64,000 bases of DNA from Polyangiales bacterium (GTDB lineage: Bacteria; Myxococcota_A; Polyangia; Polyangiales; Polyangiaceae), in contig JBBRNJ010000001.1 in assembly GCA_038230375.1 (NCBI GenBank), forward strand, positions 64,001 through 128,000, in the 5' to 3' direction. Positions 50,177 through 60,001 of the stretch are shown here, one piece after another. The position numbers and the translations under genes were made by a program. The notes beneath the pieces are model-generated. The model made no database searches. It worked only from the letters and a program-made list of their open reading frames with translations, and was not told where the DNA came from. Within the stretch, counting starts at the first letter, position 1; the number at the start of each line of letters is the position of its first letter.

Positions 50177-50470
50177 CGACTTCGACCGCGACCCTGGACC
50201 TCGACAACGACCTCGACTTCGACAACGACCCTGGACCTCGACAACGGCTTCGACCTCGACCCTCGACCTCGACTTCGACCTCGACAACGACCTCGACTTC
50301 GACCTCGACAACGACCTCGACCTCGACCCTCGACCTCGACAACGACCTCGACAACGACCTCGACCCTCGACCTCGACAACGCCTTCGACAACGCCTTCGA
50401 CAACGACCTCGACTTCGACCTCGACCTCGACGTAGACCTCAACCTCTCCCTTGACCTCGACCCCTCCCCC
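50177..50470 (+). repeat. Large mosaic CGACNN hexamer array (about 45 units)
   Basis: Units CGACCT/CGACAA/CGACTT with interspersed 7-mers CGACCCT. Confidence 0.95.
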
Positions 50471-50498
50471 GACCTCTCCAGCGACGCGCGCCTTTGAC

Positions 50499-51911
50499 GT
50501 GAGCACGCGGGTGCTTGCAGGAGCGTTGCTTCTGTCGGTGCTCGCGGGCGCGTTGCACGATGTGTCTCGTGCATGGGACGTCTGGTACTACCACCTGCCG
50601 TTTGCTGCGCGGATCGCGGGGATCGTGCCCGCTGGCGAGTTCGTGTTTCATCCGGCGGATCAGGCTCGGTTCGACGGATTTCCTCTGCTCGGCGAGGCAC
50701 TGCAAGGGCTGCTGTGGCGCGTCACCGGGCGGCCCGAGAGCGCGAACCTCGTGGCGTACGCGTCCGTGCCGCTCTTCGCGTGGTTCCTGCGGCGTGCGTT
50801 CCGCGTGCCGTGGCAGCTCACCGTCCTTGCGCTGTTTGCGATCCCGCTCGTGCAGATCCACGCGAGCTCCGCCTATGTCGATCTGCCTGCCAATACAGCG
50901 GCGAGCGTGGTGGTGATGCTTGCGATTCGTGCGCACGCGACACGCGCGCCGCTCGCGCGAGGGACGCTGACGCTCGCCGTGCTGTCCGCGGCTGTCGCGG
51001 CGAACATGAAGGTGATGATGGGGCCCATCGTGCTCGTCGGCCTTGGCGCGCTCGCCGTGGAGCTCCTGCGCCAGCAACGCGCGGCTCCGCTCCGCGACAA
51101 GCTCCGCTGGTCCGCGATGGCCGTGGTCGCGCTGCTCGCGGTCTTCGCGACGCCGCTGAAGAACGCCGCGCTGCACGGAAATCCCTGGTACCCGGTGGAG
51201 GTCTCGGCGCTGGGCTTCACGTTCGCGGGACCGGAGCAGCCTTACTCGTTCGCGCCCGCGTGGCTCGTGGACAAGCCGCGCATCGTGCGCTTCGTGTGCT
51301 CTCTGCTGGAGATCGGACTGCGCCCCTACTCCAGCACTCGCCGCTGGACCATCGACCAGTTCATGCCCGCGGACCAGGCCGGCAGCCGCCTGGGCGGATA
51401 CTTCGACGCGTACGTGGTCGCGATGATCGTTGCGCTCGCTGTCCTTGTCTGGCGTGCAGGCGCGCGCTCACGGCGGGCGCGTGTATCCGCGATCGGCTGC
51501 GGCGCGTTCACGCTGCTCGTCTCCCACATGCCGCAGGCGCACGAGCTCCGCTACTACATGTGCTGGATGATCGTGCTCGTGGCGCTGGTCCTCTGGCTCG
51601 CGCAGCCCGAAGACGCCGCTTCATCGCGCAGCATTTCCAGCCGCTGGCTCTACGCCGTCTGCGTTCCCGCGCTCGCGGCGGTCATTGTCGTGACGCGTGC
51701 AGGATGCATCTATCCGTCCGGTGTGGGCTTCACCGAGCTGCTTCGAGAACAGGTGGACGAGGGCGCGCTCGACAACGTGCAGGAGCGCGTGTGCATCAAC
51801 CGGGCGCCATGGAACATCCTCTGGGCGGCGCGCTTCCACGCCCGACGCCAGTACGTGGTCTACGAGGCGGAAGGCCCTGCGGACTGCCGCGGCGCGAGCG
51901 AGCTGCCCTGA
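50499..51911 (+). CDS. Polytopic membrane protein, probable GT-C-type glycosyltransferase
   Basis: About 10 TMs; first loop WDVWYYHLP; YVD; GNPWYP; ELRY. Confidence 0.65.
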   Translation: MSTRVLAGALLLSVLAGALHDVSRAWDVWYYHLPFAARIAGIVPAGEFVFHPADQARFDGFPLLGEALQGLLWRVTGRPESANLVAYASVPLFAWFLRRAFRVPWQLTVLALFAIPLVQIHASSAYVDLPANTAASVVVMLAIRAHATRAPLARGTLTLAVLSAAVAANMKVMMGPIVLVGLGALAVELLRQQRAAPLRDKLRWSAMAVVALLAVFATPLKNAALHGNPWYPVEVSALGFTFAGPEQPYSFAPAWLVDKPRIVRFVCSLLEIGLRPYSSTRRWTIDQFMPADQAGSRLGGYFDAYVVAMIVALAVLVWRAGARSRRARVSAIGCGAFTLLVSHMPQAHELRYYMCWMIVLVALVLWLAQPEDAASSRSISSRWLYAVCVPALAAVIVVTRAGCIYPSGVGFTELLREQVDEGALDNVQERVCINRAPWNILWAARFHARRQYVVYEAEGPADCRGASELP

Positions 51912-52264
51912 GCGTTCGCTGCCGGCGTGACCTCCACGTCCCCGGCCTTTGCCTGCACGAGGGCGAGCGCACGCACCACGCTGGTGAGCTTCTCGTCGTA
52001 CTCGAGGCGGCGACGGCGCGTCATCAGCGACTCGCGGACGAGCCAGATGACGATCGGGTACATGAGAAAATCCACGCCGCGGCCAATGCCCACCGCATGC
52101 GCGAGCGCGGTGGCGCGGTCCGGAAACGCGATGAAGAGCGCGCCCACCAGGAACGCCGCCATCTCCAGCAGCACCGCGCGGCGGTTCTTTCCGCGAAGGC
52201 TGACCCAGTCGTACGCGACGATGCCAAGGACGAACGCCAGAAGAATGAACGCGCCGATGGTCAT
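51860..52264 (-). CDS. DUF2304 family membrane protein
   Basis: FP....LA..VGIGRGVD..Y...LTSVVRALAL. Confidence 0.85.
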   Translation of the reverse strand: MTIGAFILLAFVLGIVAYDWVSLRGKNRRAVLLEMAAFLVGALFIAFPDRATALAHAVGIGRGVDFLMYPIVIWLVRESLMTRRRRLEYDEKLTSVVRALALVQAKAGDVEVTPAANAQGSSLAPRQSAGPSAS

Positions 52265-52986
52265 GCGGCCTCCCCGAACAGGTACTGGAGAGCAAGATCG
52301 CGAATGATGCGCGCGGCACCGAACGCGCTCTGCCCCTTCGCGAGCGTGGACCTGGAGTAGCGGACAGAGACAGGGCGCTCGACGATCTCGAGCGACGGTG
52401 CGCCGGCCACGCGCAGCTTGATCTCCGTGGCGTGCGCCATCCGGTTCTGCTGGATCACGATGTGCTGCACCGCACGCGCGCTGAACGCACGCAGCCCGTT
52501 GTGCGCATCGGCCAGCGGAAGCCCGGTCAACATGCGCTCGAACCAGCGCGCCCCGAACAAGAGGAGCGCCCGCGCGCGCGGCACATTCGAGTCGCCAAGG
52601 AAGCGATTCCCGAATACCACGTCCGCACCGAGCAAGATCTCCTGCGCGAGCGCGAGGGCGTCCGTCGCGGAGTGCTGGCCATCCGAGTCCATGGTCACGT
52701 ACGCGTCGAAGCCGCGCATGACCGCGAGCTGGCGCGCCGTCTCCAGCGCAGCCCCCTGCCCCAGGTTGGTGACGTGACGTGCGAGCACGACCTGGAAGCC
52801 TTCGTTGGACGGCGGAAGCGTGGCCAGATCGATAGCGGGCTCGCTCCCGTCGTCGACAACGAAGACGGTGACGCAGTGCTCACGCGCGGCGTCACGCAGC
52901 GAGCCGAGCGTATCCATGAGCGCACGCCCTTCGTTCCGCGCTGGCATGAGCACGGCGATTCGGCGGCAACTTTCTCCGGAGCGCAT
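52261..52986 (-). CDS. GT2 glycosyltransferase (polyprenol-phosphate sugar synthase-like)
   Basis: PARNE, VVDDGS, NLGQGAAL, TMDSDGQH, DAHNGLRA, RMAHATE, KGQS. Confidence 0.92.
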   Translation of the reverse strand: MRSGESCRRIAVLMPARNEGRALMDTLGSLRDAAREHCVTVFVVDDGSEPAIDLATLPPSNEGFQVVLARHVTNLGQGAALETARQLAVMRGFDAYVTMDSDGQHSATDALALAQEILLGADVVFGNRFLGDSNVPRARALLLFGARWFERMLTGLPLADAHNGLRAFSARAVQHIVIQQNRMAHATEIKLRVAGAPSLEIVERPVSVRYSRSTLAKGQSAFGAARIIRDLALQYLFGEAA

Positions 52987-53035
52987 GGACCGCGGTTTAC
53001 ACCAAACCCGGCTGCAATGGGCTATGTTCGGAGCC

Positions 53036-53422
53036 GTGGGAGAAAGCACCGTCTACAGGCATCTCGACACCGTCACGCTGCTGGTGGGAACAGAGAGCCC
53101 GCTCGTGCAGAAGGCAAAGGCCCAGCTCGAGCAGGTGATGATCCGCGTCACACGTGCGGCGCACATTGCTGCTGCTTCGGAGCGCCTGCCCGTCGTCATG
53201 CCGCAGGCCGTGGTCCTGTTCGGTGCCGTGACGCAAGAGGAGCGGGAGAACCTGATCGACCGCGCGACGGCGATCGGCGCGCTGGTCTTCTACGTGGACG
53301 ACAAGCTGCCCCTGGATGACCTGGAGCCGCTCGTCGAGGGCATCGCAAAGGCCGCCGTGGAGCGCGGGCTCACCCGCGATCAGCCGCTGACACGCCCCGA
53401 GAACACCGTCAGAGATCCCTGA
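53036..53422 (+). CDS. Hypothetical protein (atypical receiver-like)
   Basis: Beta/alpha pattern TLLVG...PQAVVL; codon bias; start GTG 53036 or ATG 53024. Confidence 0.65.
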   Translation: MGESTVYRHLDTVTLLVGTESPLVQKAKAQLEQVMIRVTRAAHIAAASERLPVVMPQAVVLFGAVTQEERENLIDRATAIGALVFYVDDKLPLDDLEPLVEGIAKAAVERGLTRDQPLTRPENTVRDP

Positions 53423-53438
53423 GCGCCATCAACGCTGA

Positions 53439-54368
53439 CTACGATGAACCGCCCCGCTCGTCGCGCCTGCGGAGGATCCACGCCAGACCCGCAAGGACCG
53501 CGGCGCCGATGCCAAGGCTGCTCGGCGCATCGGTGCTCGCATAGTCGCAGCGTCCGCAGCCGCCTCCGGCCGCAAGCGTGCGCGGGTTGATGATGGTGTC
53601 CTTGTTCGCGTGCATGCCCTGGATGGTCATGCGGTGAACCAGGAGCTCGCCGTCAACGAGGCCGAGCGCGCGCGACACGTTCGCGAACGACGATGCCTTA
53701 CCGTCCGAGCGGACCAGCCCCGTGCGGCTGTCCTTGGACTGCGGTCCATCGTACTCGCCCACCTTGGAGTCCAGGTCGGAGTCCTGCAGGTAGAGCGCGT
53801 GATCGAACTGGTCCTCCTTGTGCACGGTGCCGTCATGGATGTGCACGGTGGGAAAGAACACCTGGCCGCGCATGCGCGTCTTCCACTCGAATGCGATGGG
53901 GTGCGTGGAGCCAGCCAGTGACTTCAGCTGGAAGACGGCGAACCCGTAGTCGGCATACTCGGGGATCTGCGCCCAGACCTCCTTCTTGATCGAGAAGCGT
54001 GCGTCGAGGCGCGCGAAATCATCCACGGTGGGCACGAACGACGCAATGAAGTCGCCGACGTCGTGCACGGCCAGCACCGGCGTGGTCGCCACGCCCGCGC
54101 TCTTGCTGCGCGAGCCCAGGAGGTTCGACTCCGGCTTCTGCGGGAAGCCTTGCGCCAGATCTCCGAAGAGCTCCGGATACTCTTTCAGGTTCACCCACGA
54201 CACGGAGTCCTCGCGGGCGGGTATCGCCACGGGGAGCGGGAGGATCATCGCGACAGGCTCCGTGGCCGTGTACTGCATCTGATACGCGAGCACCTGCGTG
54301 TCAGCGCCTTTCAGACGGGCGAAGATTGTCGTCGCGTGGACCTCGGTCTTGGCGGTGAAGCAGCACAT
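53439..54368 (-). CDS. Hypothetical protein with C-terminal MYXO-CTERM-like tail
   Basis: MCCF start, AMILPLPV, FFPTVHIHDG, FDH.LY; tail GGGCGRC..TM..RRR. Confidence 0.78.
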   Translation of the reverse strand: MCCFTAKTEVHATTIFARLKGADTQVLAYQMQYTATEPVAMILPLPVAIPAREDSVSWVNLKEYPELFGDLAQGFPQKPESNLLGSRSKSAGVATTPVLAVHDVGDFIASFVPTVDDFARLDARFSIKKEVWAQIPEYADYGFAVFQLKSLAGSTHPIAFEWKTRMRGQVFFPTVHIHDGTVHKEDQFDHALYLQDSDLDSKVGEYDGPQSKDSRTGLVRSDGKASSFANVSRALGLVDGELLVHRMTIQGMHANKDTIINPRTLAAGGGCGRCDYASTDAPSSLGIGAAVLAGLAWILRRRDERGGSS

Positions 54369-54419
54369 GGTTCACGCATAGTACGGCGCAACCGGGCGAA
54401 AGACCCCCGAGATGTGCGG

Positions 54420-55232
54420 TCAGACGACCTTCTGCTTCTTCTCCTTCGCGGGCGCACGCGGGCGCGAACGCGGCACGGTCAGCGCGGAGACGACGAGCGC
54501 GACATAGAAGGAGTACGAGGCCAGGGCGCCGACCAGACGAAGGCCATCGCCCACCGCCTGGTTCGACGCGCGGCTGGTCTCCTGCACGATTCCGACGGGA
54601 CCGGAGAGCTCCGGCCGCTCGGTGCCGGAGACCATTCGCATGACGCCGCGACCCATCACGGCGACGACACGGAACGGCTCGACGAGCCCGCGGCCGAGCG
54701 CGGCGCCCGGTGAGATGTCCCTGCGATCCATGGGCGGCCCGATGAGCATCTTGCCGCGGTGCATGCCCTCCCCATCCGGGGTGACCATGATGGTCCGCTG
54801 CGCGCCGCCGCGCTCCACACGCACCGCGACCGCTTCACCAGCGTGTTTCGCGACCTCCGTCTTCAACGTGGACCAGTCGGGTGTAGCCACGTCCCCGACG
54901 GCCAGGATGCGATCGCCCGTGAGCACGCCGGCGCGCGCAGCCGGTCCATCCGGCCCGACGTTCACGCGCATGGTGGTCTCGTCGATCGCGATCTCGCCCG
55001 AGATGACGAAGCCCAGTGTAACGACCAGCGCAACGCCCAGGTAGTAGCCGACGAAGCCTCCGACGGACGTGCCCACACGTCGTCCGAGCGAGACGTCCAC
55101 CCATGCGTCGTCGTTCAGCCCCAGCGCAGCCCGTATGCCGCGCACACCGAACAGGCGCGCGACGACGATCCGACCGAGAAAATAAGCCGCAAACAGCCCG
55201 ACGAGCGAGAGGACGGCGAGCACGAGCCCCAT
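54420..55232 (-). CDS. RseP-like PDZ membrane protein lacking catalytic motifs
   Basis: ARLFGV, PDZ (PAARAGVLTGDRILAV), LSGPVGI; no HExxH or LDG. Confidence 0.75.
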   Translation of the reverse strand: MGLVLAVLSLVGLFAAYFLGRIVVARLFGVRGIRAALGLNDDAWVDVSLGRRVGTSVGGFVGYYLGVALVVTLGFVISGEIAIDETTMRVNVGPDGPAARAGVLTGDRILAVGDVATPDWSTLKTEVAKHAGEAVAVRVERGGAQRTIMVTPDGEGMHRGKMLIGPPMDRRDISPGAALGRGLVEPFRVVAVMGRGVMRMVSGTERPELSGPVGIVQETSRASNQAVGDGLRLVGALASYSFYVALVVSALTVPRSRPRAPAKEKKQKVV

Positions 55233-55293
55233 ACGCCCACACCCTACACCAAGAAAACCGCACCAACGGGCCGTGGTGCGGCATCCTAGAGGC

Positions 55294-56490
55294 ATGCCGT
55301 GGTGGTTCGGTTACCTGACGCTCGGGGCGTGGCTCTTCGTGGTGGCGGGCGCGGCCGTCTCACGCGGGCGACAGTTCGCGACCTTCGCTGGCGTGATCCT
55401 CGGTATCCATTCGCTCATCGCCGTGGAGCTCGCGCCTATGTTCGCGCGCGTGGCTCCGCTTTTCATCGCGCTCCACATCGCGGTGTACGTGAACTTCCTG
55501 ATGCTCACGCGACCGCGCATGCGGCCGCTGCTCTACCGCCTGCTCGTGAGCTGGCCGGGCTCGTTCTTCTGGGCGGGCACGTTGCTCGCGCTCCCGCTCG
55601 CGGTCGCGCGTGCGTTCGGCCTGGAGCCGTCGTGGGGGATCGTGATCCCGTACGCGCTCTCGGCCATCGGCTTCATCCAGTCGCTGCGCACGCACGAGGA
55701 GGAGATCGATCTGGTGGTGGGCGACAACCACGCGGACACGCCGCACCCGCTACCGCATCCGCGCGGCAAGGCACGTGAAGAGCGCCCGCTGCGCATCGTG
55801 CAGATCTCCGACCCGCACATCGGGCCGTTCATGTCCGTGAACCGCCTGCGCCGCATTGCAGAGGACGCCGTCACGAAGAAGCCGGACCTCATCCTCCTCA
55901 CCGGCGATTTCCTCACCATGGAGTCGCAGAGCGATCCGGAGCTGTTGCGTCGCGCGTTCGAGCCCCTCGCGGCGATGAAGGGCCGCGTCCTGGCCTGTCA
56001 CGGCAACCACGATCTGGAGGCGCCCGAGACCGTGCGCACTGCCCTCACTGCGAACGGCATCAAGCTCCTGGTGGACGACGCAGCGGTCGTGGAGACCGAC
56101 GCGGGACCGGTGCACGTGGTGGGAATGGATTTCGCGTGGCGCGACCGCGCGCAGAAGATGAAGCGCGTGTGCGACGCCCACCCGCGCATCGAAGGCACCA
56201 CGCGCGTCGTGATGCTCCACGATCCGGGCGCGTTCAAGCACCTTCCAGAGGGCGAGGCCGATCTGGTGCTGTCTGGACACACGCACGGCGGACAGGTCGG
56301 TCTGCTCAGCCTGGGTCTGTCATGGACGTTCCTGCGCTTGTTCGGGCTCAAGATCCCGGACCACGGCTTCTGGGCGCGCGGCCGCGACCGCATGTACGTT
56401 CACCGCGGCACCGGGCACTACGGATTTCCGCTGCGGCTGGGCGTGCCCTCGGAAGAGAGCGTCCTCTCCGTGCACCGCGCGAAGGCCTGA
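55294..56490 (+). CDS. Membrane-anchored metallophosphoesterase (YkuE/YaeI-like)
   Basis: SDPH, TGDF, GNHD, H.P, SGHTHGGQ. Confidence 0.93.
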   Translation: MPWWFGYLTLGAWLFVVAGAAVSRGRQFATFAGVILGIHSLIAVELAPMFARVAPLFIALHIAVYVNFLMLTRPRMRPLLYRLLVSWPGSFFWAGTLLALPLAVARAFGLEPSWGIVIPYALSAIGFIQSLRTHEEEIDLVVGDNHADTPHPLPHPRGKAREERPLRIVQISDPHIGPFMSVNRLRRIAEDAVTKKPDLILLTGDFLTMESQSDPELLRRAFEPLAAMKGRVLACHGNHDLEAPETVRTALTANGIKLLVDDAAVVETDAGPVHVVGMDFAWRDRAQKMKRVCDAHPRIEGTTRVVMLHDPGAFKHLPEGEADLVLSGHTHGGQVGLLSLGLSWTFLRLFGLKIPDHGFWARGRDRMYVHRGTGHYGFPLRLGVPSEESVLSVHRAKA

Positions 56491-56538
56491 GCCGGGGACT
56501 GCGCTCAAGGATTCCGGTGGGGCGTCGTTCGATGTTTC

Positions 56539-57624
56539 GTGAACATCCCGCTTCACGCTCCGATCCCCATCCGTTTGCTCGCGAAGAGCGGCAAATGGCT
56601 GCTCGAGGTGGAGCGCTATGTCGCGGTGCGTGCGCAGCTCTTCCGGCCGCGCCGCGAGACGGTCGAGGGCGAAGGCGCGATCCTGCGCGCGCTCTCCGCT
56701 TCCGAAGATGGTGACCTCACCGATACGGCGCGCACGCTCATGCGCGGCGGCCTTCTGCCCGAGCGCTGCTACGACGTGGTGGAGGGCGGCTTCTCGGAAG
56801 CGGCGCTCCCAGACAGCATCCCCGACGCGAAGCCCGCGGAGGAGCGAGCCCGCGCGGAGGAGCAAGAGATCATGCGCCTCCGCGATCAGCTCCTCACGCT
56901 GCACGCGAAGGTCGAACGGCTGCGAACACAGGTCACCGATCTGGAGCACGGCGCGCCGCCGAAGCAGCTCCTGCACGCCAACGCCGAGCCGCGCGCAACA
57001 AAGCAGACAGCGCCGTCCCCGATCGCACCGTCGGCGGGTCAGGATCTGCTCGCGGACGACTCCTCCGATCTCGCGGGCCGCGATCTGCTCGCCGACGACT
57101 CCTCCAATCTTGCTGGCCGCGATCTGCTCGCTGACGATGCGCCTGCGGAGGCGCCCGCGCTCGATCTGGGCACCACGCAGAAGCACGTGGAGGCGCTGGA
57201 TGTGCTCCTGCTCGGCGCTGCGACGTTCAGCGAGAGCACCGAGGCGACGACGCCCGGCCTCCTCATGATCGATGAGTCGTACTTCGTGTCCAAGCTCGCG
57301 AACGAGTCGGGAGAGTGCGTGGGTGCGCTTCTCGTCGACGGGCGGACGTTGAAGACGCTCGGCGCTGCGATCCGCGGGCTCTCGAAGGAGGAGACGGAGG
57401 TGGAGCTATCGAGTGACGACGCCAGCGACACGGTGCTCGCCGGCATCAAGGACCTCGCGAGCGCGATGGTCACGGTCCTCGCGAAGAATCCCGCGAATCC
57501 GACGATCTTCGCGTGCGACGCAGAGAAGCTCGATCCGGTCGAGCTGCCGTGGCTGTTCGATGCGCAGAAGCGCGTGGACCTGGACGATTCGCTGGGCGGT
57601 CACGTGCTCCTCATCGGAAAGTGA
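56539..57624 (+). CDS. Coiled-coil protein with 13-aa repeats and CheX-like C-terminal domain
   Basis: Coiled coil; AG(Q/R)DLLADDSS(D/N)L repeats; GALLVD..LGAAIRGL..E...DTVL. Confidence 0.6.
   Translation: MNIPLHAPIPIRLLAKSGKWLLEVERYVAVRAQLFRPRRETVEGEGAILRALSASEDGDLTDTARTLMRGGLLPERCYDVVEGGFSEAALPDSIPDAKPAEERARAEEQEIMRLRDQLLTLHAKVERLRTQVTDLEHGAPPKQLLHANAEPRATKQTAPSPIAPSAGQDLLADDSSDLAGRDLLADDSSNLAGRDLLADDAPAEAPALDLGTTQKHVEALDVLLLGAATFSESTEATTPGLLMIDESYFVSKLANESGECVGALLVDGRTLKTLGAAIRGLSKEETEVELSSDDASDTVLAGIKDLASAMVTVLAKNPANPTIFACDAEKLDPVELPWLFDAQKRVDLDDSLGGHVLLIGK
57034..57138 (+). repeat. 39-bp in-frame tandem repeat (2.7 copies)
   Basis: Units start at 57034, 57073 and 57112. Confidence 0.85.
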
Positions 57625-57637
57625 TAGAACGTCGGAC

Positions 57638-58096
57638 GTGCTGATCCATCTGCTCCGTACATCCTTGTCCGAAGGTGACTCCGACTCCCACCGCTTCCTC
57701 ACGCAGGAAGGACGCCGGCTCGTGCGCGCGCTGGGCACAAAGTTCAAGGACTACGAACCGGGCTTCGACCGCATCGTGACGAGTGCGTCGCCCGCCTCCG
57801 TGCAGACCGCGGAGCTCTTCGCCGAGCGCGTGGACTACGTATCAGTCATCGAGGTGATGCCGTCGCTCGCGCCCGGAGTCCCGGCGCAGATCGCCGGAGC
57901 GCTGCTGCAGGCGCGCGGAGAGTCCATCGTGGTCGTCGCCGAAGAGCCGGGCCTCTCTGCGCTGGGTGCATTCCTGGTCGGACGACCGACATTCCCGCCC
58001 GGCATGCCCGCGCAGCTGTCGGCGATCCGTGATCGCACTCCGGAGTGGTATCAGCGTCCAGGCGACGCAGGGCGTGGTCTCCTGCACGTGGCCTGA
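57638..58096 (+). CDS. SixA-like histidine phosphatase fold, degenerate active site
   Basis: LLRTS...D..R.LT.EG, FDRIVTS..QTAE, VVVAEEP. Confidence 0.7.
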   Translation: MLIHLLRTSLSEGDSDSHRFLTQEGRRLVRALGTKFKDYEPGFDRIVTSASPASVQTAELFAERVDYVSVIEVMPSLAPGVPAQIAGALLQARGESIVVVAEEPGLSALGAFLVGRPTFPPGMPAQLSAIRDRTPEWYQRPGDAGRGLLHVA

Positions 58097-58103
58097 GCCA
58101 CGC

Positions 58104-58487
58104 CTACTTGCTGAGCGGACGCTTCGAGTCGGGTCGCTTCGACTCGGGGATGCGCACGACCTCGCTGGTAGGGGCGACGGAGGAGTAGGGGGCGCTGGGG
58201 CGCGTCTTCCGAACCAGCGCGCTCATCTCGTTGCGAATGGACTCGTTCTCGGTAGAGAGCTCCTCCACGCGACGCACGAGGATCGCGACGCGCATCGCGA
58301 GCAACCTGACCTCCGCCTCCAGCGAGCCGTGTGCGCGTTCTCCTGCACGGGGGTCCAGGACGGGCGGCGTTGTCAGCGGCCGTGCGGCTTCCGCAGCGAC
58401 GGAGACGGCGGCAAATTCGCGCGGTGTCGGCGCCGTGGCGGAGACGATCCCATCATCCCAGCGCGACCCAGGTCTTGCTCCGTGCAT
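58104..58487 (-). CDS. Small coiled-coil hypothetical protein
   Basis: [24 protein letters not shown] heptads; start uncertain. Confidence 0.4.
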   Translation of the reverse strand: MHGARPGSRWDDGIVSATAPTPREFAAVSVAAEAARPLTTPPVLDPRAGERAHGSLEAEVRLLAMRVAILVRRVEELSTENESIRNEMSALVRKTRPSAPYSSVAPTSEVVRIPESKRPDSKRPLSK

Positions 58488-58650
58488 GCTCGCCGTTGAG
58501 CAAGGCCCGTTCCGATCGTGTTTCCCGGAGATCTCGCCCGTGGAGGGCCCGAAACCTTTCATTTCTGAAGTGCCGGAGTGCGGGGGTGAACGGAACGCTC
58601 GAACTGGGTTGTCACTTTCACTCGCGAGCAGCCTTGCTATGGTCGCGCGG

Positions 58651-59994
58651 ATGGGACGTATCTATCGCTCGCTTCCGGCTGCCGGCACCAGGATCGGCCT
58701 CGCGTTCTCCGGTGGTCTCGACACGCGTTGCGCGGTTGCCTGGATGAGCCGCGAAGGCCTTGCAGTGCATGGCTATACGGCGGATCTGGGCCAACCGGAT
58801 GAGAAGGATCCGGCTGAAATCCCGGCGATCGCGATGACCCATGGCGCCGTGGCCGCGAAGCTCGTCGACTGCCGCGAGTCGCTCGCGCGCGAAGGGATCA
58901 TCGCGCTCCAGTGCGGCGCGTTCCACCTGTCGTCCGGCGGCAAGAAGTACTTCAACACCACACCGCTCGGCCGCGCCGCCACCACCACGGCCATCGTCCG
59001 CACCATGCGCGAAGACGGCGTGGACGTGTTCTCCGACGGCAGCACGCACAAGGGAAACGACATCCAGCGGTTCTATCGCTACGGCGTGCTCGTGAACCCC
59101 GAGCTGAAGATCTACAAGCCGTGGCTCGACCCGAAGTTCGTGAGCGCGTTCGGCGGCCGCACGGAGATGAGCGAGTACCTCCTTTCGGTCGGCCTTCCCT
59201 ACAAGATGGGCACGGAGAAGGCATACAGCACCGACGCGAACGCGCTCGGCGCAACGCACGAGGCGAAGGACCTGGAGCGCCTGGACGTGGGCATGACGAT
59301 CGTGGAGCCCATCATGGGCGTGCGCCACTGGGACGACACGGTGAAGATCGCGCGAGAGACCGTGACCATCGAGTTCGCGCAGGGTCGCCCTGTCTCCATC
59401 GGCGGCAAGAAGTGTGAGACCGCATTCGACGCGATCAAGATCGCGAACGAGATCGGTGGGCGGCACGGCCTGGGGATGAGCGACCAGATCGAGAACCGCG
59501 TGATCGAGGCGAAGAGCCGCGGCATCTACGAGGCGCCCGGCATGGCCCTCCTGCATCTCGGCTACGAGCGCTTGCTCAGCGCCATCCACAACGAGAACAC
59601 GATGGACGTGTACTTCACGTTCGGCCGCAAGCTGGGGCGCTTGCTCTACGAGGGCCGCTGGTTCGATCCGGAGTCGATGATCCTGAAGGACGCGCTCGTG
59701 CGGTGGCTGGCGCCCAGCATCACGGGCAAGGTCACCATCGAGCTACGTCGCGGCGACGACTACAGCATCGAGAAGACGGAGGCCACGTACATGGCCTACG
59801 ATCCGGACAAGCTCTCCATGGAGCGCGTGGCAAGCTCGTTCACGCCGGAGGACCGCATTGGTGCGCTGGAGATGTTGAACCTCTCCACGCTCGACAACCG
59901 CGCGCTCCTTCTCCATCACGCATCGCAGCTGCGCGCGCTTGCCGCGCTGGCGGAGGGCCCCGAGGCCGGCTCCGTCATGAAGCTCCTGGAATAG
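58651..59994 (+). CDS. argG: Argininosuccinate synthase (E. coli-type long form)
   Basis: [54 protein letters not shown]. Confidence 0.97.
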   Translation: MGRIYRSLPAAGTRIGLAFSGGLDTRCAVAWMSREGLAVHGYTADLGQPDEKDPAEIPAIAMTHGAVAAKLVDCRESLAREGIIALQCGAFHLSSGGKKYFNTTPLGRAATTTAIVRTMREDGVDVFSDGSTHKGNDIQRFYRYGVLVNPELKIYKPWLDPKFVSAFGGRTEMSEYLLSVGLPYKMGTEKAYSTDANALGATHEAKDLERLDVGMTIVEPIMGVRHWDDTVKIARETVTIEFAQGRPVSIGGKKCETAFDAIKIANEIGGRHGLGMSDQIENRVIEAKSRGIYEAPGMALLHLGYERLLSAIHNENTMDVYFTFGRKLGRLLYEGRWFDPESMILKDALVRWLAPSITGKVTIELRRGDDYSIEKTEATYMAYDPDKLSMERVASSFTPEDRIGALEMLNLSTLDNRALLLHHASQLRALAALAEGPEAGSVMKLLE

Positions 59995-60001
59995 GGGCGA
60001 C

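Noticed and set aside
50177..50470. Possible CRISPR array
   Set aside because: No 23-47 bp repeats with unique spacers and no cas genes; simple hexamer periodicity.
50094..50506. ORFs encoding STSTST, DLDLD or VEVEVE peptides over the hexamer arrays (also 60670-61035)
   Set aside because: 7-mer units shift frame repeatedly and the ORFs overlap real genes; these are repeat translations.
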